Source of the DNA: Escherichia coli
GTDB taxonomy: Bacteria > Pseudomonadota > Gammaproteobacteria > Enterobacterales > Enterobacteriaceae
Assembly (NCBI RefSeq): GCF_024223415.1
Contig: NZ_CP100500.1
DNA length: 64,000 nucleotides
Direction: 5' to 3' (one strand)
Shown here: piece by piece, positions 19,070-29,991 of the stretch
How the letters are laid out: each line of letters starts with the position of its first letter
Numbering within the stretch: position 1 is the first letter of the stretch
Program-made: the position numbers and the translations under genes
Notes under the pieces: model-generated
What the model was told of the DNA's origin: nothing
The model's input: the letters and a program-made list of their open reading frames with translations, nothing else
The model's database searches: none

Positions 19070-20425
19070 ATGTTTTCAGAAGTCATGCGTTATATTCTCG
19101 ACCTCGGCCCTACGGTGATGCTGCCGATTGTCATCATTATTTTTTCTAAAATATTAGGCATGAAGGCAGGCGATTGCTTTAAAGCGGGTCTGCATATCGG
19201 GATTGGCTTTGTTGGCATTGGCCTTGTGATTGGCTTAATGCTGGATTCCATTGGCCCGGCGGCGAAAGCGATGGCGGAAAATTTCGACCTGAATCTGCAT
19301 GTGGTCGATGTTGGCTGGCCGGGCTCTTCACCAATGACCTGGGCGTCGCAAATTGCGCTGGTGGCGATTCCGATTGCGATTCTGGTTAACGTGGCGATGT
19401 TACTGACCCGTATGACGCGGGTGGTAAATGTTGATATCTGGAATATCTGGCATATGACCTTCACCGGCGCGTTGCTGCATCTGGCAACCGGTTCATGGAT
19501 GATAGGGATGGCAGGTGTGGTAATTCACGCGGCGTTTGTTTATAAGCTCGGCGACTGGTTTGCCCGCGATACCCGAAATTTCTTTGAGCTGGAAGGTATT
19601 GCTATTCCGCACGGTACGTCGGCGTATATGGGGCCGATTGCGGTGCTGGTCGATGCTATCATCGAGAAAATCCCAGGCGTTAACCGAATTAAATTTAGCG
19701 CCGACGATATTCAGCGCAAATTTGGTCCATTTGGCGAGCCTGTCACCGTGGGTTTTGTGATGGGGCTGATTATCGGCATCCTCGCGGGTTACGATGTCAA
19801 AGGTGTATTGCAGCTGGCGGTAAAAACGGCGGCAGTGATGCTGCTAATGCCACGGGTGATTAAACCCATCATGGATGGTTTAACGCCCATCGCTAAGCAG
19901 GCTCGTAGTCGTTTACAGGCGAAGTTCGGCGGTCAGGAGTTCCTGATTGGCCTTGATCCGGCGTTGCTGCTGGGACATACGGCGGTGGTATCGGCAAGCC
20001 TGATTTTTATCCCACTCACCATTTTAATTGCTGTTTGTGTGCCGGGTAATCAGGTGCTGCCGTTTGGCGATCTTGCCACCATCGGCTTCTTCGTGGCGAT
20101 GGCGGTCGCCGTGCATCGTGGAAATCTGTTCCGCACCTTAATCTCGGGTGTCATCATTATGAGCATCACCCTGTGGATCGCGACGCAAACTATTGGTTTG
20201 CACACCCAACTGGCGGCTAATGCTGGGGCGTTAAAAGCCGGGGGTATGGTGGCTTCAATGGATCAGGGCGGTTCTCCCATTACCTGGTTACTGATTCAGG
20301 TTTTCTCCCCGCAAAATATTCCCGGTTTCATTATTATCGGTGCAATTTATCTGACCGGTATTTTCATGACCTGGCGTAGAGCGCGTGGCTTTATTAAACA
20401 AGAGAAAGTCGTTCTCGCAGAATAA
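19070..20425 (+). CDS. gatC: galactitol PTS EIIC component
   Basis: 451 aa polytopic membrane protein. Confidence 0.9.
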   Translation: MFSEVMRYILDLGPTVMLPIVIIIFSKILGMKAGDCFKAGLHIGIGFVGIGLVIGLMLDSIGPAAKAMAENFDLNLHVVDVGWPGSSPMTWASQIALVAIPIAILVNVAMLLTRMTRVVNVDIWNIWHMTFTGALLHLATGSWMIGMAGVVIHAAFVYKLGDWFARDTRNFFELEGIAIPHGTSAYMGPIAVLVDAIIEKIPGVNRIKFSADDIQRKFGPFGEPVTVGFVMGLIIGILAGYDVKGVLQLAVKTAAVMLLMPRVIKPIMDGLTPIAKQARSRLQAKFGGQEFLIGLDPALLLGHTAVVSASLIFIPLTILIAVCVPGNQVLPFGDLATIGFFVAMAVAVHRGNLFRTLISGVIIMSITLWIATQTIGLHTQLAANAGALKAGGMVASMDQGGSPITWLLIQVFSPQNIPGFIIIGAIYLTGIFMTWRRARGFIKQEKVVLAE

Positions 20426-20472
20426 TTTTTACCTGAGGGGGAGGTTATCCCCCTTAACAATCAGGAGTTTTT

Positions 20473-21513
20473 ATGAAATCAGTGGTGAATGATACTGATG
20501 GTATCGTGCGCGTTGCAGAAAGCGTCATTCCTGAAATTAAACATCAGGATGAGGTGCGGGTAAAAATTGCCAGCTCGGGCTTATGTGGTTCCGATTTACC
20601 CAGGATATTTAAAAATGGTGCACATTATTATCCAATAACGTTAGGCCATGAATTTAGCGGCTATATTGATGCGGTGGGATCCGGTGTTGATGATTTACAC
20701 CCTGGCGATGCGGTTGCCTGTGTGCCGTTATTACCCTGTTTTACTTGTCCAGAGTGTCTGAAAGGGTTTTATTCCCAGTGCGCAAAATATGATTTTATTG
20801 GCTCGCGGCGTGATGGTGGATTTGCTGAATATATTGTCGTTAAGCGAAAAAATGTCTTTGCTCTACCCACGGATATGCCTATTGAGGATGGGGCTTTTAT
20901 TGAGCCGATTACCGTTGGTCTGCATGCTTTTCATTTAGCGCAAGGTTGTGAGAATAAAAACGTTATTATTATTGGTGCCGGAACCATTGGCCTGCTGGCC
21001 ATTCAGTGCGCTGTCGCGCTGGGAGCAAAGAGTGTGACGGCGATCGACATTAGTTCAGAAAAACTGGCACTGGCAAAATCTTTCGGTGCGATGCAAACAT
21101 TTAACAGTAGCGAAATGAGCGCGCCGCAAATGCAGAGCGTTTTACGCGAACTGCGCTTTAATCAGCTTATCCTCGAGACGGCTGGCGTACCGCAAACTGT
21201 CGAACTGGCGGTAGAGATTGCCGGTCCTCATGCCCAACTGGCGCTGGTGGGCACGTTGCATCAGGATCTGCATTTAACATCGGCAACGTTTGGCAAAATA
21301 TTGCGTAAAGAGCTGACGGTTATCGGCAGTTGGATGAACTACTCCAGCCCTTGGCCGGGGCAGGAGTGGGAAACGGCGAGCCGGTTGCTGACAGAACGTA
21401 AGTTAAGCCTGGAGCCATTAATCGCTCACCGTGGAAGCTTTGAAAGCTTCGCCCAGGCGGTGCGTGACATCGCTCGTAATGCTATGCCGGGCAAAGTGTT
21501 GCTCATTCCCTGA
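20473..21513 (+). CDS. gatD: galactitol-1-phosphate 5-dehydrogenase (Zn-dependent MDR family)
   Basis: 346 aa; zinc ADH motifs (GHEFSG, GAGTIG). Confidence 0.9.
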   Translation: MKSVVNDTDGIVRVAESVIPEIKHQDEVRVKIASSGLCGSDLPRIFKNGAHYYPITLGHEFSGYIDAVGSGVDDLHPGDAVACVPLLPCFTCPECLKGFYSQCAKYDFIGSRRDGGFAEYIVVKRKNVFALPTDMPIEDGAFIEPITVGLHAFHLAQGCENKNVIIIGAGTIGLLAIQCAVALGAKSVTAIDISSEKLALAKSFGAMQTFNSSEMSAPQMQSVLRELRFNQLILETAGVPQTVELAVEIAGPHAQLALVGTLHQDLHLTSATFGKILRKELTVIGSWMNYSSPWPGQEWETASRLLTERKLSLEPLIAHRGSFESFAQAVRDIARNAMPGKVLLIP

Positions 21514-21612
21514 AACCGCGGGCCAGCGTGATGCTGGCCCGGTATTGTGCAAAACAGATCATTCACCAATGGTCCCCCTTCGTTTACACTAGCCACAATT
21601 GAATATGGGTAA

Positions 21613-22392
21613 ATGACGATGAATTCATTCGAGCGAAGGAATAAGATCATCCAATTAGTGAATGAACAGGGAACCGTGCTTGTTCAGGATCTGGCGGGAG
21701 TATTTGCTGCCTCGGAAGCGACAATCCGTGCCGATTTGCGCTTTCTCGAACAAAAAGGCGTGGTTACGCGCTTTCATGGCGGTGCGGCGAAAATAATGTC
21801 TGGTAATAGTGAAACCGAGACCCAGGAAGTCGGGTTTAAAGAGCGATTTCAGCTCGCCAGCGCGCCAAAAAACAGAATAGCGCAGGCGGCAGTCAAAATG
21901 ATCCACGAAGGGATGACCGTTATTCTCGACAGCGGAAGTACGACAATGCTTATCGCCGAAGGATTAATGACCGCCAAAAATATCACGGTGATTACCAACA
22001 GTCTCCCGGCAGCGTTTGCCCTTTCCGAAAATAAAGACATTACTCTGGTCGTCTGTGGTGGCACGGTCCGCCATAAAACGCGCTCGATGCATGGTTCCAT
22101 TGCCGAGCGTTCATTACAGGATATTAATGCCGATTTAATGTTTGTCGGTGCTGATGGTATTGATGCGGTTAATGGTATTACGACCTTTAATGAAGGTTAT
22201 TCTATTAGCGGTGCGATGGTCACAGCCGCTAATAAAGTGATTGCCGTTCTCGATTCATCGAAATTTAACCGTCGCGGTTTTAATCAGGTACTACCAATCG
22301 AAAAAATTGACATTATTATTACCGATGATGCTGTGTCAGAGGTGGATAAACTGGCATTGCAGAAGACGCGGGTAAAATTAATTACGGTGTAG
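21613..22392 (+). CDS. gatR: DeoR-family repressor of gat operon, apparently intact
   Basis: 259 aa DeoR-like HTH plus sugar-binding domain; uninterrupted ORF. Confidence 0.8.
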   Translation: MTMNSFERRNKIIQLVNEQGTVLVQDLAGVFAASEATIRADLRFLEQKGVVTRFHGGAAKIMSGNSETETQEVGFKERFQLASAPKNRIAQAAVKMIHEGMTVILDSGSTTMLIAEGLMTAKNITVITNSLPAAFALSENKDITLVVCGGTVRHKTRSMHGSIAERSLQDINADLMFVGADGIDAVNGITTFNEGYSISGAMVTAANKVIAVLDSSKFNRRGFNQVLPIEKIDIIITDDAVSEVDKLALQKTRVKLITV

Positions 22393-22396
22393 TATT

Positions 22397-22443
22397 GTTC
22401 TGTATGCCGGATAAGGTGTTTACACCGCATCCGGCATTACGGA
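22397..22443. repeat. REP element
   Basis: GCCGGATAAGG ... CGCATCCGGCA palindromic unit. Confidence 0.6.
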
Positions 22444-22473
22444 TTCTCCCTGGTTCAAGAGAGAATAGTTTGA

Positions 22474-23373
22474 TTAACGCAACAGTGGACAATCTGGTGG
22501 CAGACGGCAACGCAACGCTGCCGGAAGTATTTCAATATGAAAATTTTGCCCACTCAACGGTTCGCCATCAAGATTAAAGGTGATGTCGTGTGGTGCCTGA
22601 ATATCAAACCACGACGAAGCGCCTTCGATAATATTCGGGTTATCTTCGTCAGATTTTAAGGTTGATACGAGAGCCGGAAGTATTTCATCGCCGGTAAAAA
22701 TGCGCAGTTGCAGCAAGCCATCGTTAATTAACGCGTTCGGACACAATTGCTGACCGCCACCGGCCTGACGCCCGTTACCAATACCAATGACCAGGGCGTC
22801 ACCTTGCCAGTGAAAGTTTTCACCGCGGATTTCACAACGGTCCGGTTGCAGAGTATCCATGCGCATTAAGCCATGAATGATGTAAGAGACGCCACCCAGC
22901 GCGGCTTTTAATTTTTCCGGCGTTTCTGTGGTAATACGCGTCCCAAATCCGCCTGTCGCCATATTAATAAAACAGGTTTGTTTGTTGACCTGCGCCATAT
23001 CTATCGCAATGGCGTTACCGGCAATTGCCAGTTTCAGCGCCTTATCCAGTGCCTCAGGAATCCCTACACTGGTGGCAAAATCATTGGCGGTTCCTAATGG
23101 CAAAATTCCCAGCGCGGGTATGTCATCCCCCTCACACTGAATCAACGCCGTAGAAACTTCATTAATGGTGCCATCGCCACCACCGGCAATCACCGTTGCG
23201 ACGCCCAACTTCCGGGCCTCCTCTACATATCGTGCGGCATCGCCTTTCTCCCAGGTGACCCGCACATGGATCGTCATTCCTTCCTCACGCAACAGCATAA
23301 TTGCTTCGCGCAAGGGTAAATTGTCAGTACTTTTGCCATTAAGAATCAGTAAGCTGGCGGGAAATTCTGCCAT
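22474..23373 (-). CDS. yegS: lipid kinase (diacylglycerol kinase catalytic-domain family)
   Basis: Start at [15 protein letters not shown] (ATG at 23373) giving 299 aa; the 355 aa track ORF is an upstream in-frame extension. Confidence 0.9.
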   Translation of the reverse strand: MAEFPASLLILNGKSTDNLPLREAIMLLREEGMTIHVRVTWEKGDAARYVEEARKLGVATVIAGGGDGTINEVSTALIQCEGDDIPALGILPLGTANDFATSVGIPEALDKALKLAIAGNAIAIDMAQVNKQTCFINMATGGFGTRITTETPEKLKAALGGVSYIIHGLMRMDTLQPDRCEIRGENFHWQGDALVIGIGNGRQAGGGQQLCPNALINDGLLQLRIFTGDEILPALVSTLKSDEDNPNIIEGASSWFDIQAPHDITFNLDGEPLSGQNFHIEILPAALRCRLPPDCPLLR

Positions 23374-23777
23374 GATCGTATGTGCCTTTATGATTGGTCT
23401 GTAGATAGTGTAGAGCAGAAAAGAAAAGGTGGAGTCAGAACAGGATGAAAGTCGGAGGATAAAAGTCAGTTCAAGTATGGAGGATTCAGTGGTTACCACC
23501 AGGAGCTTGCAATGGGGACAGCGAATACTAACGGCAGCCACCGATAAATTTCAAAAAAGAGAATATACCTAATATTCAACTAAACGGTGGCATCTTCAAT
23601 ATAATATATTAAAGCCCTCATGGAGTTACCCGGAAGGGCCTCCATGTCCGTAATTCCTACTTATGTAGGAAATGTTGTACAGAACATTTATTATAATCCT
23701 ATTCAATTATAATAATCATGCCATTATTATATTTAAACACTAGAGAGTGTCGTTGGTATTTAATGGGGGAAGGTGAG

Positions 23778-24095
23778 ATGAAAAAGATAGCTGCTATATC
23801 ATTAATTAGTATTTTTATTATGTCTGGTTGTGCTGTGCATAATGATGAGACAAGTATCGGTAAATTTGGTCTTGCATATAAAAGTAATATTCAGCGTAAA
23901 CTCGATAACCAATACTACACCGAAGCCGAAGCTTCTTTAGCCAGGGGTAGAATATCTGGTGCAGAAAATATAGTAAAAAATGATGCAACTCATTTCTGTG
24001 TTACTCAGGGCAAAAAAATGCAAATAGTTGAGCTGAAGACAGAAGGTGTAGGATTACATGGTGTCGCTCGTCTGACATTCAAATGTGGAGAGTGA
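23778..24095 (+). CDS. yegR: putative lipoprotein (105 aa)
   Basis: Start at MKKIAAISLISIFIMSGCAV (lipobox SGC) with GGAAGGTGAG RBS; AT-rich surroundings. Confidence 0.65.
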   Translation: MKKIAAISLISIFIMSGCAVHNDETSIGKFGLAYKSNIQRKLDNQYYTEAEASLARGRISGAENIVKNDATHFCVTQGKKMQIVELKTEGVGLHGVARLTFKCGE

Positions 24096-24425
24096 GAATA
24101 TTTTTTGGTAAGCGTCAAATATGCGCTTTCTGGCTGTGCGTAGCCGGAACCTGTGGGAGCACGATGCCGATAAGTGAAAGGCATCGTGCTATGAAGGAGG
24201 ATTCTATCGATGTGGTCAATGGAAGACGGTTACCAGAGATAGGGCTTATGCATAAAAAAATAAGCCCGTGTAAGGGAGATTACACAGGCTAAGGAGGTGG
24301 TTCCTGGTACAGCTAGCATTTTATGGGTTATGTTTTTCAGCGAAACGGATGATAACCTTAATAAATGCAGCTGTATGTGATCGGTTTCTAAGAATTTTCC
24401 ATCCGGGAAAAATAATCGAAATTAA

Positions 24426-25787
24426 TCACTTACCGTGTGGGTTACGCGTGGTTTCCCCGGAGAAATTACGCATCAGCAGAGCGTAATTGAGCTCAAGATC
24501 CTGCGGGACCGGGAGCCACACAGTATAACCATCGCCTGGTGCGACCGGCATCGCTTCACCTTTGGCGTTTTCCATGTGCTCAAGGGTAAAGTTAATGTTG
24601 CCTTGCGGCGTCATCAGCTCAAGGCTGTCGCCAACGGAGAATTTATTTTTCACCGCTACCGCCGCGAGGTCCCCCTTGCGCTCACCGGTAAACTCACCAA
24701 CAAACTGCTGGCGGTCAGAAACTGAATAACCGTATTCGTAGTTCTGATAATCGTCGTGAGTATGACGACGCAGGAAACCTTCGGTATAGCCACGATGCGC
24801 CAGACCTTCCAGAGTTTCCAGCAGGCTGGTATCGAACGGTTTGCCCGCAGCGGCGTCATCGATAGCTTTACGGTAAACCTGTGCGGTGCGTGCGCAATAG
24901 TAGAAAGATTTAGTACGGCCTTCGATTTTCAGCGAATGCACGCCCATTTTGGTCAGGCGTTCTACATGGGCGATGGCGCGCAGATCTTTCGAGTTCATGA
25001 TGTAAGTGCCGTGCTCATCTTCAAACGCGGTCATATACTCGCCCGGACGCTGGGCTTCTTCGATCATAAACACTTTGTCGGTTGGCGCGCCGATACCCAG
25101 CGTCGGCTCAACATTTTGCACCGGAATCGGCTCGTACTTGTGTACGATGTTGCCAACGTCATCTTCTTTCCCTTCCTGGACGTTGTACTCCCAGCGGCAG
25201 GCGTTGGTGCAGGTACCCTGGTTCGGATCGCGCTTGTTGATATAGCCAGAGAGCAGGCAGCGACCGGAGTAGGCCATGCACAGTGCGCCGTGAACGAAGA
25301 TCTCGATCTCCATATCCGGCACCTGATTGCGGATCTCTTCAATCTCTTCCAGCGACAGCTCGCGAGAGAGGATCACGCGGGTCAGGCCCATTTGCTGCCA
25401 GAATTTCACCGTCGCCCAGTTTACGGCGTTAGCCTGCACCGAGAGGTGGATCGGCATTTCAGGGAAGTGCTCACGCACCAGCATAATCAGCCCTGGATCG
25501 GACATAATCAGCGCATCCGGCCCCATTTCCACCACCGGTTTCAGGTCACGGATAAAGGTTTTCAGCTTGGCGTTGTGCGGTGCAATGTTGACCACGACAT
25601 AAAACTTTTTCCCCAGCGCGTGGGCTTCATTGATGCCGAGCTGAAGATTTTCGTGGTTGAATTCGTTGTTGCGCACACGCAGGGAGTAACGCGGCTGGCC
25701 CGCATAAACAGCATCTGCGCCATAAGCGAAAGCGTAACGCATATTTTTCAGCGTTCCCGCCGGGGAAAGGAGTTCCGGTTTAAACAT
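24426..25787 (-). CDS. yegQ: peptidase U32 family protein
   Basis: 453 aa, recognised U32 collagenase-like sequence. Confidence 0.9.
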   Translation of the reverse strand: MFKPELLSPAGTLKNMRYAFAYGADAVYAGQPRYSLRVRNNEFNHENLQLGINEAHALGKKFYVVVNIAPHNAKLKTFIRDLKPVVEMGPDALIMSDPGLIMLVREHFPEMPIHLSVQANAVNWATVKFWQQMGLTRVILSRELSLEEIEEIRNQVPDMEIEIFVHGALCMAYSGRCLLSGYINKRDPNQGTCTNACRWEYNVQEGKEDDVGNIVHKYEPIPVQNVEPTLGIGAPTDKVFMIEEAQRPGEYMTAFEDEHGTYIMNSKDLRAIAHVERLTKMGVHSLKIEGRTKSFYYCARTAQVYRKAIDDAAAGKPFDTSLLETLEGLAHRGYTEGFLRRHTHDDYQNYEYGYSVSDRQQFVGEFTGERKGDLAAVAVKNKFSVGDSLELMTPQGNINFTLEHMENAKGEAMPVAPGDGYTVWLPVPQDLELNYALLMRNFSGETTRNPHGK

Positions 25788-25933
25788 AATTCTCTCGTTC
25801 TGATGACAGGTCAGATCCGCTTCACCTGATGAAGCGGTTAGGGGAGTGCCCCCACTTTAAGGGCGGGCATTGTAGCGCTGTGGGGGGATCTGGTAAAGCG
25901 CCGGACGCCAACAACCCACGCCCGGCATCGTAA

Positions 25934-26266
25934 TTACGTATTGTCTTTCACCGTCTGGCTTGTGCCATTGGCTTTAACGGAGGCAATTCCGGTTTCACGA
26001 GATTGCGCGGTGGCGTACATCTGGCTGGAGCCGATAATTTGATGATTAGCGGCTTTCAGATTGAAATAGAATTTGCCGTTACTTGCCGTTTTTTTCTCAT
26101 AGCGTTCTTCTTGCGGGCTGTTGCTACGCACCGACGCGATGCCCTTTTCCGCAGAGGCTTTTGAGGTATAAAGCTCGCTGGTGAGGATAGTCTCACCATT
26201 GCCCGCTTTTAGCACAAACCGGAACTGATTATCACTGCTCTTACTGAGTTCAAACCAACCAGCCAT
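25934..26266 (-). CDS. yegP: UPF0339 family protein (110 aa)
   Basis: Start at MAGWFELSKSS; tandem duplicated motif; track ORF has 13-codon upstream extension. Confidence 0.8.
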   Translation of the reverse strand: MAGWFELSKSSDNQFRFVLKAGNGETILTSELYTSKASAEKGIASVRSNSPQEERYEKKTASNGKFYFNLKAANHQIIGSSQMYATAQSRETGIASVKANGTSQTVKDNT

Positions 26267-26456
26267 AATGACTCCTTGATTGAAATTGTGTATCGAAAAC
26301 AGCATCTAAAGGTGCTGTTTACCGATTAAAGTATGAGCGATTTTCTGATGCCTGCCAGGGCGGAGAGATAATGTCAGTTTGCTGACCATGCGTGGGATAA
26401 TGTTGCCGGATCTGGTCTGAACGCCATCTCCGGCTAACAAAATAATGTCGCTAAAA

Positions 26457-27179
26457 CTAAACGATGCGGCAGGCGTCGGCTTCCCAGCGGTAACCGACGC
26501 CATAAACGGCGCGGATAAATGACTGTTCGGCGTCGAGAGATTCCAGCTTGCGGCGCAGGTTTTTAATGTGGCTGTCGATGGTGCGGTCGGTTACTACGCG
26601 GTAGTCGTCATAAAGATGATTGAGCAATTGCTCGCGGGAGAACACTTTTCCTGGTTCGTGAGAGAGCGTTTTCAGCAGACGAAATTCCGCAGGCGTCAGG
26701 TCAAGCATTTTACCGCGCCATGAAGCCTGAAAACGACCTTCGTCGATAATCAACGGGCTTTCAGCATCCTGTTGCTGCAACTCGCGCTGCGGTTTGCAAC
26801 GGCGCAAAATGGTTTTGACGCGCGCTACCACTTCCCGTGGGCTGTACGGCTTACAGATATAATCATCTGCGCCAATCTCCAGCCCCAGCAGGCGATCGAT
26901 CTCTTCGATTTTTGCCGTCACCATCACGATCGGAATGTCAGAAAAACGACGAATTTCCCGGCACAGCGTCAGGCCATCGGTGCCAGGGAGCATCAGATCT
27001 AACAGGATCAGATCCGGTGGTGTCTGGCGCACATACGGCAGTACCTGATCGCCGTGGCTGATAAGCGTCGGCGCATAGCTCGCAGCACGCAGATAATCAA
27101 TGAGCAACTGCCCCAGCTTCGGTTCATCTTCCACGATCAAAATACGCGGTGTGTTTTCGTCGATTGGTAACTCGGTCAT
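26457..27179 (-). CDS. baeR: two-component response regulator (OmpR family)
   Basis: 240 aa; receiver domain plus winged helix. Confidence 0.95.
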
Positions 27180-28579
27180 ACTTCTCTCTGTAAATCCCGT
27201 TCCAGCGGTAACTCTACTGTAATGCTTACCCCGCCAAAAGGCGAATGGGCAGCAATAATGCGACCATTATGTGCTTCAACAATGTTCAGGCAAATCGCCA
27301 GCCCCAGCCCGGAACCGCCGCTGGCACGGTTGCGGGAACCTTCGGTGCGATAAAAACGTTCAAACAATTTTTGTAGCTGATCGTCACTGACACCTGGCGC
27401 ACTGTCGGCAAAGGTCAGGCGCACCGTTTTGTCGCGCTGCCCGGCAGAGATTTGCAGGCTGCCGCCGCTGTCAGTGTAGCGCAGGCTGTTTTCCAGTAAG
27501 TTATTGAATAACTGCATTAAACGGTCGCGATCGCCAAATACGGTAATACTGTCTGGCAGGGAAAATTGCAGTTTCAGGCCACGACTGGCGAATCGTTCGC
27601 GAAATGCGCCGCCCGCCACTTCCAGCAGTGGGATCAAATCTACCGGTGCTTTTTGATAGGCGAGAGCGCCTTCATCAGACATCGACAACTGATGGAGATC
27701 GTCAACCAGTTTGGTCAGTGTACCGACCTCCGCCTGTAAAGACGCCACCGTCTCCGGCGTGAATTTACGCACGCCATCCTGAATGGCTTCCAGTTCACCG
27801 CGCAGCACCGCTAATGGCGTACGCAGTTCGTGAGAAATATCGGCCATAAAATCGCGCCGCATTTGCTGGTTTTTCTCCAGTGTGCTGGCAAGCTGGTTGA
27901 AGTCTTGCGCCAGTTTGCCCAGTTCATCTTCACTGGTGGGCGTTACGCGGGTAGTGAAATCGCCCGCCGCCAGTTTGTGCGTGCCATCGACAAGTCGTTT
28001 TACCGGTGCCAGTAAACCGCGCGCCAGCAGAAAAGTGGCAAGTGCCGCGAGTAACGTTGCCAGGGCGACAATCAACCAGCTGGTTTGCCGCTGTTGTTTA
28101 TCGAAATTGATATCAGTATTGCGCGTTAACCGCTCAACGGGGGAGGCGATCACCGCGCCAACTTCCGCACCGTTGACCAGAATGGGTCGCCGTGTACCGT
28201 CAGGTGGAATCGGCGCTCGCGGACCAACCAGCACTTTGTTGTTTTGATCAACCACCCAGAACTGGGTACGCCAGCCGTGCGGTGGCATACCCGGGCCGGG
28301 TTTATCTTCCGAATTATCGTGTTCAAATGAACGCAGGATCTGAAAGACAAAGCGATCATTGTTGCGCAGGAAGCGCCAGTTGCCATGCTGCGCATACTGC
28401 TCGCCAAGCGCATCACTTAACAGTTGTAATCGCTGTTCATTACCATGCTTGATGTAATCAATAAAGCCACGCTCAAAACTGATACGCACCGCCCAGTGCA
28501 TACTGATCAGCAAGACAATGCAGGTGGCGAAAATCGCCAGAAACAGTTTGCCGGTAATACCGGGTCGCCAGAACTTCAT
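27176..28579 (-). CDS. baeS: envelope-stress sensor histidine kinase
   Basis: 467 aa; HAMP, HisKA (HELRTP) and HATPase domains. Confidence 0.95.
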
Positions 28580-29991
28580 TGCGCGCTCCTTTTTCGCCGC
28601 GAAATAGCTACATTTTGATGCGTATCGTTCGGCACTCTGGCAAAGATGAACGCCGGAAGGGCGATGATCAACGCCATGCTAAGCCAGGTGTACATAAAGA
28701 CGGTTTGTGTGGTGCCGCTGTCGACGCTGACATGCTGTGAACCAAAAAGTCCCAGCAACAGCCCGGCGATAGTGACGCCGATACTCATCGACAATTGCAT
28801 AATCATCGACAGCAGGCTGTTGCCGCTGCTCGCCAGATTGTCCGGGAGATCTTTCAGCGTCAGGGTGTTCATGGAGGAGAAACGCGTCGAGTTGACCATC
28901 CCTTGTAAAAACAGGACGAACGGCAAAACGTAGTACCAGCCCAGCAGGGCGGTAGTCATAAACAACAGGGTGACCAGCGACAGACCCAGCGTGGTCGCTA
29001 CCAGTACCCGACGATAACCAAAGCGATTCACCACCTGTACCACAATTCGCTTCATTCCCATGCTGCCAAGCACCATCGGGATCATCATCAGTCCGGCATG
29101 AAACGGCGAGAAACCGAGGCCAATTTGCAGGAAAACCGGTGTCATAAAGGGCAACATGCCACTGCCAATACGTCCGGCAAAGCTCCCCGCCAGGCCCAGC
29201 GAAAAGGTACGAGTACGGAACAGTTTCAGACTGAACAGGGCACGGTTGTTATTTCTGGCGTGCAGCAGATAAAGCACCAGTGCCACCACGCCAACTGCGA
29301 CCAGGCCTGCAATCGTCAGCGGCGATAAACCTGTACCTTTACTGCCGTCCAGCGCCAGGGTTAATACCGCCATGCCAACCGCCAGCAATAAAAATCCGGA
29401 GAGATCAAAGCGCCGCGTCTGCATGGTGTAGTTTGGCATTAACAGCAATGTGGCGATCGCACCGATAATCCCCACCGGAATGTTGATCAAAAAGATACAG
29501 TGCCACGATGCGTACTCCACCAGCAGACCGCCGAGCGCCGGACCGAGCAGCGGACCGACCTGACCGGGTAACGTGACAAAGGTCATCGCCGCCATATATT
29601 GCTCGCGCGGTACGATTTTCATCACCGTCAATCTGCCGACCGGCACCATCATCGCGCCGCCAACGCCCTGTAACGCGCGTGCCAGCAACAGTTCGTTCAG
29701 CGTGCCGGAAAGCGCGCAAAACAGTGAACCGAGAGTAAACAGCACGATGGCGGTAAAGAAAATATTGCGCACGCCGACTTTGTCCGCCAGCCAGCCGCTG
29801 GCGGGCAGCATCACCGCCACGGTCAGCACATAAGAGACAATGACCATGTGCATATGCAACGGACTTTCCCCGAGGCTTTGCGCCATTGAGGGAAGGGCGG
29901 TGTTTACGATGGTGGTGTCCAGCGACTGCATAAAGAAGCCGAAAGCCACAATCCACAATTGCCAACGGGTGCTGTCGGGAAGATCTGTCAT
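28576..29991 (-). CDS. mdtD: MFS efflux transporter
   Basis: 471 aa, 14-TMS MFS-like. Confidence 0.95.
   Translation of the reverse strand: MTDLPDSTRWQLWIVAFGFFMQSLDTTIVNTALPSMAQSLGESPLHMHMVIVSYVLTVAVMLPASGWLADKVGVRNIFFTAIVLFTLGSLFCALSGTLNELLLARALQGVGGAMMVPVGRLTVMKIVPREQYMAAMTFVTLPGQVGPLLGPALGGLLVEYASWHCIFLINIPVGIIGAIATLLLMPNYTMQTRRFDLSGFLLLAVGMAVLTLALDGSKGTGLSPLTIAGLVAVGVVALVLYLLHARNNNRALFSLKLFRTRTFSLGLAGSFAGRIGSGMLPFMTPVFLQIGLGFSPFHAGLMMIPMVLGSMGMKRIVVQVVNRFGYRRVLVATTLGLSLVTLLFMTTALLGWYYVLPFVLFLQGMVNSTRFSSMNTLTLKDLPDNLASSGNSLLSMIMQLSMSIGVTIAGLLLGLFGSQHVSVDSGTTQTVFMYTWLSMALIIALPAFIFARVPNDTHQNVAISRRKRSAQ

Noticed and set aside
21520-21541. Hairpin GGGCCAGC...GCTGGCCC after gatD as a terminator
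   Set aside because: Stem is present but not followed by a T-run; too weak to annotate.
22474-23541. Full 355-aa track ORF for yegS
   Set aside because: The first 56 codons are an in-frame upstream extension; the conserved protein begins at [15 protein letters not shown], so the CDS was trimmed to 22474-23373.
24083-24292. 69-aa ORF downstream of yegR
   Set aside because: Overlaps the yegR stop, has no RBS and lies in an AT-rich intergenic stretch; likely non-coding.
24756-25829. 357-aa ORF on the plus strand
   Set aside because: Antisense to yegQ (well-supported U32 peptidase); typical high-GC shadow ORF.
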